DNA of 64,000 nucleotides, taken from the NCBI RefSeq assembly GCF_009914755.1, contig NC_060933.1; one strand, 5' to 3'. The position numbers and the translations under genes were made by a program. The notes below the pieces were generated by a model that was given only the letters and a program-made list of their open reading frames with translations, was not told where the DNA came from and searched no databases. This DNA is from the human T2T-CHM13v2.0 reference genome, Homo sapiens. This document shows, one piece after another, positions 61,463 to 64,000 of this stretch; within the stretch, counting starts at the first letter, position 1, and every line of letters begins with the position of its first letter.

Positions 61463-64000
61463 TTATCAAAGGCCTTTACTGCATCTGTTGAGATAATCAT
61501 GTAGTTTTGTCACTGGTTCTGTTTATGTGATGGATTATGTTTATTGATTTGCATATGTTGAACCAGTCTTGCATCCCAGGGATGAAGCTGACTTGATCAT
61601 GGTGGATAAGCTTTTTAATGTGCTGCTGGATTCGGTTTGCCAGCATTTTATTGAGGATTTTCATATTGATGTTCATCAGGGATATTGGCCTGAAATTTTC
61701 TTTTTTTGTTGTGTCTCTGCCAGGTTTTGGTATCAGGATGATGCTGGCCTCATAGAACGAGTTAGGGAGGACTTTCTCTTTTTCTATTGTTTGGAATAGT
61801 TTCAGAAGGAATGATACCAGCTCCTCTTTGTACCTCTGGTAGAATTTGGCTGTGAATCCATCTGGTCCCGGGCTTTTTTTGGTTGGCAGGCTATTAATTA
61901 TTGCCTCAATTTCAGAACTTGTTATTGGTCTACTCAGGGATTCGACTTCTTCCTGGTTTAGTCTTGGGAGGATATATGTGTCCAGGAATTTATCCATGTC
62001 TTCTAGATTTTCTATTTTATTTGCATAGAGGTGTTTATAGTATTCTTGGATGGTAGTTTGTATTTCTGTGGCATCAGTGGTGATCTCTCCTTTATCATTT
62101 TTTATTGCGTCTATTTGATTCTTCTCTCTTTTCTTCTTTATTAGTCTGGCTAGCAGTCTATCTACTTTGTTAATCTTTTCAAAAAACCAGCTCCTGGATT
62201 CACTGATTTTTTTGAAGGTTTTTTTCTGTCTTTATCTTCTTCAGTTCTGCTCTGATCTTACTTCTACTGGCTTTTGAATTTGTTTGCTCTTGCTTCTCTA
62301 GTTCTTTTAACTGTGATGTTAGAGTGTCAATTTTGGATCTTTCCCACTTTCTCCTGTGGGCATTTAGTGCTGTAAATTTCCCTCTAAACACTGCATTAGC
62401 TGTGTCCCAGAGATTCTGGTACATTGTGTCTTTGTTCTCATTGGTTTCAAAGAACTTATTTATTTCTGTCTTAATTTTGTTATTTACGCAGTAGTCATTC
62501 AGGAGCAAGTTATTCAATTTCCATGTAATTGTGTGGTTTTGAGTGAGTTTCTTTATCCTGAGTTCTATTTTGATTGCACTGTAGTCAGAGAGACTGTTAT
62601 GATTTCCATTCTTTAGCATTTGCTGTGGAGTGTTTTACTTCCAATTATGTGGTTGATTTTAGAATAAGTGCTATGTGGTGCAGAGAAGAATGTGTATTCT
62701 GTTGATCTGGGGTGGAGAGTTCTGTAGATGTCTATTAGGTCCTCTTGGTCCATAGCTGAGATCAAGTCCTGAATATCTCTGTTAATTTTTTGTCTCATTG
62801 ATCTAATATTGACAGTGGGGTGTTAAAGTCTCCCACTATTACTGTGTGGGAGTCTAAATCTCTTTGTATGTCTCTAATAACTTGCTTTATGAATCTGGGT
62901 GCTCCTGTGTTGGGTGCATATATATTTAGGATAGTTAGCTTTTCTTGTTGCATTGATCCCTTTACCATTATGTAATGACCTTCTTTGTCTTTTCTGATAT
63001 TTGTTTGTATAAAGTCTGTTTTATCAGAGACTAGGATTGCAACTCCTGCTTTTTTTTTTGCTTTGCATTTGCTTAGTAAATCTTCCTGCATCCCTTTATT
63101 TTGAGCCTATGTATGTATTTGCACATTAGATGGGTCTCCTGAATACAGAACACCAATGGGTCTTGACTCTTTATCCAATTTGCCAGTCTGTGCCTTTTAA
63201 TTGGGGAATTTAGCCCGTTTACATTTAAGGTTAATATTGTTATGTGTGAATCTGATCCTGCCATTATGATGCTAACTGGTTATTTTGCCCATTAGTTGAT
63301 GCAGTTTCTTCATAGTGCCAATGGTCTTTACATTTTGGTTTGTTTTTGCAGTGGCTGGTACCTGATTTTCCTTTCCATATTTAGTGCTTCCTTCAGGAGC
63401 TCTTGTAAGGCAGGCCTGGTGGTGACAAAATCCCTCAGCGTTTGCTTGTCTGTAAAGGATTTTATTTCTCCTTCATGTATGAGGCTTAGTTTGGCTGGAT
63501 ATGAAATTCTGGGTTGATAATTCTTTTCTTTAAGAATGTTGAATATTGGCCCCCACTCTCTTCTGGCTTGTAGGGTTTCTGCAGACAGAACTGCTGTTAG
63601 TCTGATGGCTTCCCTTTGTGGGGAATCCAACCTTTCTCTCGGGCTGACCTTAACATTTTTTCCTTCATTTCAATTTTGGTGAATCTGACATTTATGTGTT
63701 TTGGGGTTGCTCTTCTCGAGGAGTATCTTTGTGGTGTTCTCAGTATTTCCTGAATTTGAATGTTGGCCTGCCTTGCTAGGTTGGGGAAGTTCTCCCGGAT
63801 AATATCCTGAAGTGTGTTTTCCAATTGGTTCCAATCTCCATGTCACTTTCCGGTATACCAATCAAATGTAGGTTTGTTTTTTTCACATAGTCCCATATTT
63901 CTTGGAGGCTTTGTTCATTCCTTTTCATTCTTTTTTCTCTAATCTTGTCTTCATGCTTTATTTCATTAAGTTGATCTTCAATCTCTGATATCCTTTCTTC

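Overview
AT-rich, CpG-poor, repeat-dense primate DNA, most likely human: it carries an AluYg6 with all diagnostic positions plus L1PA3-PA7 elements. I see no intact protein-coding gene, RNA gene or CpG island. Nearly all long ORFs in the track are L1 ORF1/ORF2 remnants. The only recognisable gene-derived sequence is a C11orf98 processed pseudogene (3192-8095), split by a 5'-inverted L1PA3-like element that itself contains the AluYg6. Also present: a second 5'-inverted L1PA (32025-33930), an older 5'-inverted L1MA (12550-12888), a nested L1 complex running off the right end (58297-64000), four more Alus and a FRAM/FAM monomer, MaLR/ERVL solo LTRs, hAT and mariner fossils, and L2/MIR remnants. 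The most unusual signal not explained by repeat annotation is a set of locally templated insertion scars (52647-52703, 56160-56218, 36557-36655, 28224-28277) and three perfect 13-15 bp short-spacer palindromes, which suggest template-switch or polymerase-theta-type events. I found no convincing evidence for a new functional system. Repeat subfamily names come from my recall of consensus sequences, and boundaries of old repeats are approximate.
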